Assembly: GCA_965649825.1 (NCBI GenBank)
Contig: OZ287702.1
Span: 1,044,786-1,108,785 of the forward strand
Source of the DNA: Penicillus capitatus
Lineage: Eukaryota; Plantae; Chlorophyta
DNA length: 64,000 nt
Direction of reading: 5' to 3'
Shown here: piece by piece, positions 23,858 to 34,400 of the stretch
How positions within the stretch are numbered: position 1 is the stretch's first letter
How the letters are laid out: each line of letters starts with the position of its first letter
Notes under the pieces: generated by a model
The model's database searches: none
What the model saw: only the letters and a program-made list of their open reading frames with translations
What the model was told of the DNA's origin: nothing
Made by a program: the position numbers and the translations under genes

Positions 23858-24483
23858 ATGACACACTACGACGCATTGGAGATCTCGTCCACAGCGACGG
23901 ACGACGAAATCAAGAAAGCCTTTCGACGACTGGCACTCAAACATCACCCCGACCTGTAAGCCCCTCAGCGACGCCATCTTACCGCTCTCCAACGTTACTG
24001 GGAGACATGGCGCATCTGACGCACAAGAGAGAGGTCGCTTTCGCGTGTTTCTAGACATCCGAAAGACCGACACGCGCACAAGCAGAAATTTCTGGCGATC
24101 AAGAAAGCGTATGAAGTGCGATGCGCATCTTTGTGCCAAAACTCCCTTTGGATGTTTGGAATCTTAGGTGCTCATAAATCATCAGTCGCGTGCGCTGTAT
24201 GACCTGCAGCTGATCCGAGAGCGGAAGGTACCCGGAAGCTCGCCGGATGGGGCGCATCCGACCTCTCAGGAAACGCAATTCTATCACCATTTCTACAACA
24301 CCAGGCACGATCCTAAACTCTATCGACATCCCCTCTCTCCAACAATGTCCCATCAGAAAAGCGGAGACGTATACCAAGGCCAATGCCGAGGCGTGGGAAG
24401 CGGACAAGAAAGCAGCGAGATTCAACAGAGTAGCGATCCCCTTGTTGGCGCACATGTCTACTGATGAGAGGTGTTGGATGTAG
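23858..24483 (+). CDS. Small J-domain (DnaJ) protein, multi-exon; absent from the ORF track
   Basis: MTHYDALEISSTATDDEIKKAFRRLALKHHPDL|...KFLAIKKAYE|VLINHQSRALYD; 3' end uncertain. Confidence 0.8.
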
Positions 24484-24807
24484 ATGCGAGCAGAGAGGCG
24501 GCATCATAGGACGACCCAAGCACGCCAAGTACGACGAGCCCAACAGCTGCGGCGTTTTTGGCAGACACATGGAGGTCCATCGTCTTTTGCGATTGGCACC
24601 TCACCATAACACCTGAGCCTTTTAGGGGTCACATGGCAAGATGTTTTGCTGATTTTGGGCTGCCTGGGTTTCAGCTATGCACTGTGGTTTGCCGCACAAA
24701 ATCACTCAAAAATAAATTTAAAGGCCAAAGATTCGTAACACCATTCAGAATGCGACGGGCTAGATTTGTTTCTTCTCAATAAGCGAGCCTCTGCTCACTC
24801 GAATCGT

Positions 24808-25341
24808 CTAGGATCCCAACTGAGAGGTCGAAATGATCAAGTTTACGCCGACAGCGAACAGCACGACCAACAGGCCGAGCCATGCGACCAGTCCTCTTGT
24901 GCCCAGTTGGTAGTTGTCACCACTCGTGGACCACACATCGGGAGTGTAGATGGGCGAATAGCCATCCACATTTGCACCGTACTTGTCAGCAAATCGATAG
25001 ACGCCATATCCCTAGACAGAAGACACTCACCTTGTCTGCTAGAAACGACGCGGAACGACCTTTCCTTTGCGTCCTTGTGAGTCGACCCAGCCTTTCTTCT
25101 TCATGGGTTCGGAGATGCCCATTAAGTTGTTTCGGACAACCGGGTCTTCGACGCTGTTCATTCCTTGTTTGGAAAGGTTCGTCTTCTTACTCGACGCACA
25201 GATCTGCAAACTCAGACGCGCACGCGGCCTAGAAACACGCGTTCTCGCAAGGAGATATCCGTGCGGTCGGGGTGGGTACGCGGAGGAGAAAGTGGCGAGT
25301 TTAGTGCCGGAAAAGGATTTGTGCGAAGCGACGGAAGCCAT
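24808..25341 (-). CDS. PSBR: Photosystem II 10 kDa subunit PsbR
   Basis: Transit peptide, then GWVDSQGRKGK|GYGVYRFADKYGANVDGYSPIYTPDVWS and a C-terminal TM helix. Confidence 0.92.
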
Positions 25342-25452
25342 GGCGGATGTGTTTTGGAAAATGCGAACGAACAGACAAACAATACAATTGACGTGGCCGA
25401 GATCTCTATCACGAGCGATTCCTATCGTATAGCTCTGACGTGACATCGCCGA

Positions 25453-25851
25453 CTAGCGCATTGCTGGCGGATCGAGACCTCGGCGAAGAGCGTCATCAAC
25501 AGCACAATGGTGTTCGACTCGATGCTCGGGGACGAAGAACATCTCTTGCTACGATTGTTCAGGGGAGAACGCCGCCTATAACTGAACAGTCTATGCCAGC
25601 CCATACCTGTCGTGCCAGTGATCCAGACCAAGGCATGGGATCTATACGTTCTCGGAGAGCGGTCGTAAGATAGATGTGCGTCGTGTACCGCAGCGATGTT
25701 TACGGGACGGAAAAGGAATGTTGACCCATTGGGCGCTCGCTGCCTCGATTTCGACGACAATTTGCGAAGATAGCTTCGGAACGTGATCGTCGTCGTCGCT
25801 GTCCACGCCGATAGCGATTCCGTCTATTGACCATTGTGGCCGAGTCGACAT
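25453..25851 (-). CDS. Small hypothetical protein, probably 3 exons
   Basis: MSTRPQWSIDGIAIG...RKHRC|DPMPWSGSLARQ|QEMFFVPEHRVEHHCAVDDALRRGLDPPAMR via two GT-AG introns. Confidence 0.35.
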
Positions 25852-25974
25852 GGGGAATTCGGTATCGCGCAGTGACGTTCTCTCGGTGGATGCATCTTCT
25901 TTGTCGCTGGATGCACTGGGAGGGTGGAACAGACCTGCTGTCAAACGAGGCGATTCGCTCGACAAGAAACTCGA

Positions 25975-26502
25975 ATGGCTACAGGCGAGATAGACACTTC
26001 TCTCTTTGGGTGTCAAGAAAAAGACGGTTTTCGACAGAAAGCTGTACGAAAGCAAGCCAATCTCATGGAACACGAGCTGCTGAAAATGCCAGACCTCGAT
26101 GCCCAGTCGACGAAAGGCTCTATTTTGCAAGAAAGCCGTCTTTGCGATCGTAAGCCGGGATGGGATCATACATTCTGGAATCTCGAGAGCCAAAAGAAAC
26201 GAATCGACAAGGATCTGATGCCGTGTCACAGACGCCTCGAAACGTGCGCAGATATGTCCAACTCACTTGACGGGCTGGAAGAGAAGGCAGAGCAGAAATG
26301 CGGCAGAGATCCGCCGAAGCGTCAGATTTCGTTGTCGAGGCATCGTTCCTGGCGTTGCACTATCAGACAGAAGATCCACGAGCGCTTGCTGGAATTGCGA
26401 CAAGAAGAGATGGAGGAGCGCAAGAACAATGACACAGAGGCTATCAATGAACCATCCAAACATGTGCGTTCGGGGATGTCGTTGTTTCCACGATCTCTGT
26501 GA
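25975..26502 (+). CDS. Hypothetical coiled-coil exon, possibly the N-terminus of the downstream nucleotidyltransferase-like gene
   Basis: Open frame 25975-26502 with a charged helical pattern; further coding-like fragments between 26520 and 26900. Confidence 0.3.
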   Translation: MATGEIDTSLFGCQEKDGFRQKAVRKQANLMEHELLKMPDLDAQSTKGSILQESRLCDRKPGWDHTFWNLESQKKRIDKDLMPCHRRLETCADMSNSLDGLEEKAEQKCGRDPPKRQISLSRHRSWRCTIRQKIHERLLELRQEEMEERKNNDTEAINEPSKHVRSGMSLFPRSL

Positions 26503-26916
26503 CTGACAGTGGCCAGTATGGCGAATTAACGTGGCCAGAGCGAAGGTCAAGATCTTACTCTATTTGCAAAAGGTTATGCTAGATGCCAGAGATGACAAGG
26601 CGCGTCCGTTGATGATCCGAGAGAAGAGTCTCCCGGTACGTGTCTGTTTGAAGGGAAATCCCTCATAGACGATGTGTTCACGGATGACAGGCTTATTTGA
26701 TGGTTGCATTGGGTGCTTCGTTTCCCAAATTCTGTGAACATCAAATTCGGAGTCGTGGCCAACAGGCGACAGAGCAATGCCACATGAGAAAGGCAACTAA
26801 GAGAGTATGATCTCCCAAAGCGATGTAGCGTGGATGTAGAAAAATGCATCGTTCTCTCCTAGGCGCCATCTCGATCGGATAGCGATATTGCCGACTGGAA
26901 AAGCTGTGATGAAAGA

Positions 26917-28580
26917 GTGAGCATTTCTAGTACGGATGTGAACAACGACGTGCTTTTGGAAGACGTCGATACGGACAAGGATAGCGAGATTTCGATCCGG
27001 AAGAAAATCAGTAACGGCAGGTCATCCCTGCTCATGCGGATGCTGGCTCATCGCGCAAATGCAAGATGGGTGGAAAGTGTCGACTGGGTAGATCCACATG
27101 TCTATGATCCGAGCACACTCATCCTCGGACGAGCGGACCTTCGTATCTACCAGCAGCTCCTGATCGATCTCCTGCAGGAAGGAAAGGTGGATGCGCACCG
27201 GGGACAATACCTCATTCGCAACCTGTGTTCTGCAGATCGCATTACACCTGGTCGACGGCGACGTGAGTGCCAAGATCGAAGCGGACGCTGATGGTGCAAA
27301 ATGTGTTCCTGCTCTGGAACTTGATCCTTGGGATCCGGTCAAGAAATTCTTTCCCTGGAAGGTTAGCAGCGTCATTGATTGGTCCGTGCATTTGATTTCT
27401 GTGTTGCTGTGCACATCAGGTTCCATCTGGAAGGCGATTCGAGGGGATATCTTTCTTGGGTCGTCGCTTGCTTCAGGCAGTCATTGATGTCGAACATCTC
27501 GCCGGACCTCAGGCCGTCCAGAAACTCAAACTCATTCTGTGCATCGACGAGCAACAGGAACCGTATGTCAGAGATCTTCTCGTCAAGCACCAGTTCTTTG
27601 GTCTCTGCCGAGATCATGTCCTTCTCTTCAAGATGCCTCGTTTCAAAGGAATGCGATGCAATTCAGTCAGTGAGCGATGCCATCTGAGACTAGACCCCAT
27701 TCGACTGCCTGTAGGCAGAGACAGCAATGGAGCTTTCAGATACAAGTCAACGAAGGAGTGTGGGATCTGGATGGAGTGTCTTGGCTCTGAATTGGCCACA
27801 AACGGCCTATACACTGGACGTCGAAATGGACAAGCCCTCCTTCCTCAAAACCACGGCACTGAAAGTGAGAGCGACCAAGTGGCAACGATCATTATCCGTC
27901 CATTCTTTCATCAGTGGCTCAGAGATCGTGGCGTGGATTGGATGAATTCTCAGTTGATTATGGACTGGGAGCGATGTCGTCCTTATTCTACATTTCACGT
28001 CAAGTTTTGCGCCACGGCTCTTTACTGTCACAGCGAAAAGGAGGCCAATATGGCAATGGAGGTCTTTATGTCTAAAGGCCTTCTGATTTCTGCTGAGAAT
28101 AGAAGTTTGCATTTCAGGTCAAGGAAAGCAGCTCTTCCCGAGAGGTCTGGTCGTCCAACGGTCTGGTCCTTGGCAAATTAGACGATCCAAGGAGCAGCTG
28201 TCATCTACTCTCATCAAATCTCCAGACGCCTAAGACCAGTATCCTCATCTCCGATCAAGAAAAGAAGGGAAAGCTCGTCATCTGTCAACACAGATACATG
28301 ATTCATACCAAGGCACTTGATCACGATGTTAAGGTATAGCACATGAGCCACTGGGTCAGTCTATCGGGATGTTCTGCAGTTAGCTCCGTGCACGATGAGA
28401 TCAGAGATTGATGTGTACAACAACGATGTCTATCTGCGTTTTCACATCTCCAGCATGACATCGTCGCTTGGCGCACGTTGTGCAGCTGTTTTGACGAACT
28501 CGGTCGGGCACTATTCTCAAACAGATGTCTTGGAGAGGAAGTGGTTTCACGGCATCACTCAACAGTACCCCGCGCCCTAG
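26917..28580 (+). CDS. Divergent UDP-sugar/UDP-GlcNAc pyrophosphorylase-like (GT-A fold) protein, multi-exon
   Basis: LKLILCIDEQQEPYVRDLLVKHQFFGLCRDHVLLFKMP and PQNHG...WLRDRGVDW resemble UAP/USPase segments; boundaries uncertain. Confidence 0.45.
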
Positions 28581-28759
28581 AACGATAGACGAGATATGGT
28601 GTTCTTAACAGACTCGTGCAGCAAGATGCCCAACTGGCTTTTGCTTCTGGGGCCGATCGGTGGAATCTTGGACATCGATCCATTGTTGCCGATACAGCTC
28701 AGGAGATGACTCAAAAAGGTCCGTGGAGATTGTTATGCCGCTCATCCAGGGAATATTGC

Positions 28760-29754
28760 ATGCCTGTAGAGGTCATTGTTGTTTTTGTGGTAAACAATCT
28801 TGTCAGTCAGCGGACGGTCTCTCTGGCTAGTGCCTTTGTCCATTGCGAAAGCGACGAGATCCATATCGTCACCTCTGTGATTGGAGAACAACACATTCCT
28901 GCAGCCTCTTCCTTTCTGGAGAGCTTCCAATCGGAGAATCTTCTGAATCCGTGCATCATTCGGAGAAGGGTTCTCGCCAGAGGACAGGGCAGAGTAACAT
29001 TCCCTTCATTTCGATGTGTCGTGCCTTCATGGGAGAAGAGACAGGTGGTTCGCGTGATTGAGGATTACATCGAGAAGGTCGGGGCGACTCTACTGGTCGT
29101 GGGATCCGAGAATTTGGCCAAGGAGAGTTCAGAGACGATCGGATCTTTCTGCGTATCTGTCGTGAAGACCATCCGAGATATTCCCATCTTGGTGGCAAAA
29201 GTGAATTCTGTCGGCAAAAGCCATCGACAACAGACAGGTGAAGGTTCACCGCGTAAGCGACGATTCCAGCGTAGATTCGTATCATAAGCTTCTGAGTCTG
29301 TAGGAAATGGAGTGAAATGCATGATAGAGATTCAGCCAAGTGTCAAGCCACTGATGCAATGGCTGATGCATCGCTTAAGCCCAGTGACGAATAAGCTCTA
29401 CTTAGCCAAGACAAGAGCCATTGATCATACGGATACGGAATCGCCAGCTGCTGGTCGTATGTTACGCGCTTTTCTGGATAGGGCAGTGCAGAATGGGTTC
29501 TCTGCTATATGCCGTCCTTTACAAGGAGATCCCCTCCAGTCCCTCGACAAAGTCAGATCTCTTTCCTGGTCTCATCTTGAGAATTTATGAAAGAACTATT
29601 TATTCAGGCGGCCTGTGAAGATCAGATCGATGTCATGGCAGTGCAAACGAATGCCGCTCAATCTGTTCCGACACATGTCATGAAAATCATCAAGACTGTC
29701 CGTTCCAGCATTCTATTGTTTAGAGACGAACAAAAAACGCGTCCTCGCCTCTAA
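28760..29754 (+). CDS. Universal stress protein (USP)-like, probably two USP domains
   Basis: EVIVVFV..., DYIEKVGATLLVVGSE, GSFCVSVVKTIRDIPILVAK; second domain ends IDVMAV...SILLFR; TAA 29752-29754. Confidence 0.65.
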
Positions 29755-31449
29755 GGTGTTTCCAATCGTCCTTTCTTAAGGTTTTGGTGGCGCTGACGAT
29801 GTTGGTGATGAAACCAACACGTTGAGCGACACGACAATTCTAGACATTCTTCTTTGAAAACGTAAACTCTGCTTCTTGTCATTCGATCGTCGTCTGTTCG
29901 AGTAAACGGAAGGAAAGAATGAACGCATAGTTGCTACGGATCGCTGCAGAGTTTTTGTAGTTCCTTTCGACGAAGATCTGCAGAGTTGGCTTCAGAGGGA
30001 CATGATCTCACGCGTTTTTCGTAGCCTTCTCAGACTTTCCTCCTCCAATCCCTGCTCTCCACGAGGCACTAGTCATCGCACTTCCTTCTCGCGTGAGGTG
30101 ACTGTACGTTTGATGCGATTGCCTTATTGTGTTTGCAGTAGTCGCTGGCCGATCGTCGACCTGATCGGCGCCAAGGTTTATATTGGCTGAAATCGATCCA
30201 CTCAGCTTAAATGCATGACTAGGGAGGGACAACATCGATCTAACTAATACCGTCGTAAAGACGGAAACGCGTTCACTATCACATGCGGCTCAACTGACTG
30301 CGACAAGGAATCGAAGGAAGCAAGGAATACGACGACACCGGGAACGATTGCTCCGAAGTCTCGATGAACCCACGACTCGAAAGACTCCACAAGACACACA
30401 AGCCGACGATGTGACTGGCAGCACCACATGTTTCCTGTCGATACTATTGAGCACTATGCCGAGAGAACCGGCGTGGTTTGCGATCTTCCTGCCTCGGTGC
30501 ACTTCGGCTTCGGCACATGGGATGGACATCCACGTTGCTCCTGTGTGGCAGGCAGGCGTTTGTGATCTCTTTCCAGAGACAGGTTCAGAGAACAGATGAC
30601 TAGACAGGGTGATTAAATCCTCCTCAGTCGAGTTTACACATTCTTGTGGTGCCTGTCAGAAATGAAATCGTCGACTGTTCACAGTCGATGGGAATTGAAC
30701 GGGCACAGCGCGATTGTGTCTGGAATGCATGCAGTTGATGATCTTCGAGTCTCCAATACTGGATATCTGCTGTCGCGTTGTTCAGGTCGCGCAATGTCTC
30801 GACAGTCGAGGTTTCGTGGAGAACGCCGAAGAAAACGATTCTTTGACCTCAGTGTCTCTCACTTCTGACGGTGCAAAATTTGTCGCTCTGTGAAGACAGA
30901 TTAGCAGCAATGCTCCTGTCTTGTCAGTCGCCACATCATGCAGCCAATGATGATTGTCGTCGAACGAAACGAATCATTCTGAAACGTTTGTTCAGACTTT
31001 CTCGTCCTCACGATGCGGCGATTTCTTTCACCTCTAAAACTCTGTCTGCTCTGCTGCGTGTTCGCTTATGGAGTCGGCCAGTTGTGTGCAGTTCAAAGGG
31101 CGCTGCAGCGCCCCCCAGACATCGCTTCTGCAGACGACGGTTTTCAATTGCTAGCTTCGTTACAACTTTTCAGCGGTGCTGTCTCCTGTTAGCCCAACTG
31201 GACGGTGAACTGCAATCCGTGTTGTCCGAAATACCTTCAGCTTTCTCCACTAAACGCAGTAAAAACGTAATGTTCGAATTCGCCTACCACCAGTCGGTGG
31301 CGAGGTTATTAACTAACTCGTCTTTTGTCTGAAGACGGTAAACGAAGCACACGCGCCTTTGCAAACTGGTGTGTTCGGTAGTAGAATTACCACAGGTTCG
31401 GTTTTTTGTTTCCTTCGCGGAGAATCCCTAGTCTTAGTGGTATTACGAC

Positions 31450-34400
31450 GTGTTAGGTTTTGAATGTGCGTTGACGCGAGGGGCTAAAGAAAGATATACG
31501 GCAGCCGACGGCAAAACGTGGCTCATCGACAGCACTGTCCTTAAAGAAGTCGACAGCGATTTGCAGATGATTGTTAACTGCACAGAGGAGGGAGATATTC
31601 TCTCATTCAAGACAACGGACGTTGTGCGCCCATCGTCGCGTATCACGATTCCGTGGCAACTGACACTCGCCACCCAAGCCGAAAACACTGAATTTCACGG
31701 CGGTCTGTACCCGATCGCAAAGACAAAGACAAGATTTACCTGTCCCCGAAAAAACTCTGGACTTTTTCGCGTAGAGTAAGACCACTTCGATCGGATGGTT
31801 AGTCATTCGCTTTTCGTCCGTAGGTCCATAAATGTCACTTTTGCCAATCTTGTCATCGAAAAGTGTACGTTCGATGGCGCAGATGGCGTCCAAGCAGTCA
31901 TTGACGTTGCAGAATGCCATTCTGAAAATGCTTACGGCATCGTAGCTCTGCACAGTGTTGTCTTTCGAGAAAACAGCCTAATTGCAGCTTCTGGACTTCG
32001 AATGTCATCCTCGTCCTGTTATGAAGTCGAGATGGTCGAAGTGGAGATCTCGGAAAACGTCTGCTCTGGCGAGGCCTGTGGAGTCCATCTAGCAAGGAAA
32101 AACAGACTAGAAAACTGCGTCGCTCACGGGAATAGAATAGCCAAAACGAACGAGCAGCAGTCGTCCTTGCTCTATGGAAAAATCTCATCCAACACCTCGA
32201 TCAAGGGATTCACGGCTAACGAGAATGATCTAACAATCATCAAGCTACAAGAAGGTTCACTTACAATGATGAATGCGTCATTCAGACAGAATCATCTCAG
32301 TACACGAATCACCGAAGCTACAAGAACCCACTATATTCATTTAAAAGATTCGGTAGCGGAGTTCAAAAACACAAAAGCGACCGCCAACAATGCACAAAAT
32401 TACGGAGGATTCTTGTTGGCGTTGAGGTCGACGTTGAAGCTGAACGAGACGAACGCGTCAAACAACAGCGCGAAGGAGGGCGGATTCCTAAATGCTCAAG
32501 ACTCAAACGTGACACTCGAGCGTACGAATGCAAGCGGCAACAGAGCACAAGAGTATGGCGGATTCTTGTTGGCGCTAAGGTCGACGCTGAAGCTGGACGA
32601 GACGAGAGCGGCAAACAACATCGCGAAGGAGGGCGGATTCATAAATGCTCAAGACTCAAACGTGACACTCGAGCGTACGAATGCAAGCGGCAACAGAGCA
32701 CAAGAGAATGGCGGATTCTTGTTTGCGCTGAGGTCGACGCTGAAGCTGAACGAACAAATGCGTGCAACAACAGCGCGAGGGAAGGCGGATTCTTGTTGGC
32801 AGCAGATTCGAACGTGACGCTCGAGCGTACGAATGCAAGCGGCAACAGAGCACAAGAGTATGGCGGATTCTTGTTGGCGTTGAGGTCGACGCTGTTGCTC
32901 GACGAGACGTCCGCGTCAAACAACAGCGCGAAGGAGGGCGGATTCCTAAATGCTCAAGACTCAAACGTGACGCTCGAACGTTCGAATGCAAGCGGCAACA
33001 GAGCACAAGAGTATGGCGGATTCTTGTTGGCGCTGAGGTCGACGCTGTTGCTCGAAGAGACGTCCGCGGCAAACAACAGCGCGATAGAGGGCGGATTCCT
33101 AAATGCTCAAGACTCAAACGTGACGCTCGAACGTTCGAATGCAAGCGGCAACAGAGCACAAAAGTATGGCGGATTCTTGTCGGCGCTGACGTCGGCGGTG
33201 AAGCTGAACGAGACAAATGCGTGCAACAACAGCGCGAGGGAAGGCGGATTCTTGTTGGCAGTAGATTCGAACGTGACGCTCGAGCGTTCGAATGCAAGCG
33301 GCAACAGAGCACAAGAGTATGGCGGATTCTTGTCGGCGCTGACGTCGGCGGTGAAGCTGAACGAGACGAATGCGTGCAACAACAGCGCGAGGGAAGGCGG
33401 ATTCTTGTTGGCAGCAGATTCGAACGTGACGCTCGAGCGTACGAATGCATGCGGCAACAGAGCACAAAAGTATGGCGGATTCTTGTCGGCGCTGACGTCG
33501 GCGGTGAAGCTGAACGAGACGAATGCGTGCAACAACAGCGCGAGGGAAGGCGGATTCTTGTTGGCAGCAGATTCGAACGTGACGCTCGAGCGTACGAATG
33601 CAAGCGGCAACAGAGCACAAGAGTATGGCGGATTCTTGTTTGCGCTGACGTCGGCGCTGAAGCTGAACAAGACGAATGCGTGCAACAACAGCGCGAGGGA
33701 AGGCGGATTCTTGTTGGCAGCAGATTCGAACGTGACGCTCGAGCGTACGAATGCAAGCGGCAACAGAGCACAAGAGTATGGCGGATTCTTGTTTGCGCTG
33801 AGGTCGACGCTGTTGCTCGACGAGACGTCCGCGGCAAACAACAGCGCGATAGAGGGCGGATTCCTAAATGCTCAAGACTCAAACGTGATGCTCGAACGTT
33901 CGAGTGCAAGCGGCAACAGAGCACAAGAGTATGGCGGATTCTTGTTGGCGCTGAGGTCGACGCTGTTGCTCGACGAGACGTCCGCGGCAAACAACAGCGC
34001 GATAGAGGGCGGATTCCTAAATGCTCAAGACTCAAACGTGACGCTCGAACGTTCGAGTGCAAGCGGCAACAGAGCACAAGAGTATGGCGGATTCTTGTTG
34101 GCGCTGAGGTCGACGCTGTTGCTCGACGAGACGTCCGCGGCAAACAACAGCGCGATAGAGGGCGGATTCCTAAATGCTCAAGACTCAAACGTGACGCTCG
34201 AACGTTCGAATGCAAGCGGCAACAGAGCACAAGAGTATGGCGGATTCTTGTCGTCGCTGACGTCGGCGGTGAAGCTGAACGAGACGAATGCGTGCAACAA
34301 CAGCGCGAAGGAGGGCGGATTCATAAATGCTCAAGACTCAAACGTGACACTCGAGCGTACGAATGCAAGCGGCAACAGCGCGCAAAAGTATGGCGGATTC

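Noticed and set aside
24099-24455. Hydrophobic minus-strand ORF suggesting a membrane protein
   Set aside because: Antisense to the J-domain gene, which has a clear HPD motif
30240-31330. Short ORFs upstream of the first receptor
   Set aside because: No recognisable domains; could not link them to the receptor's first exon
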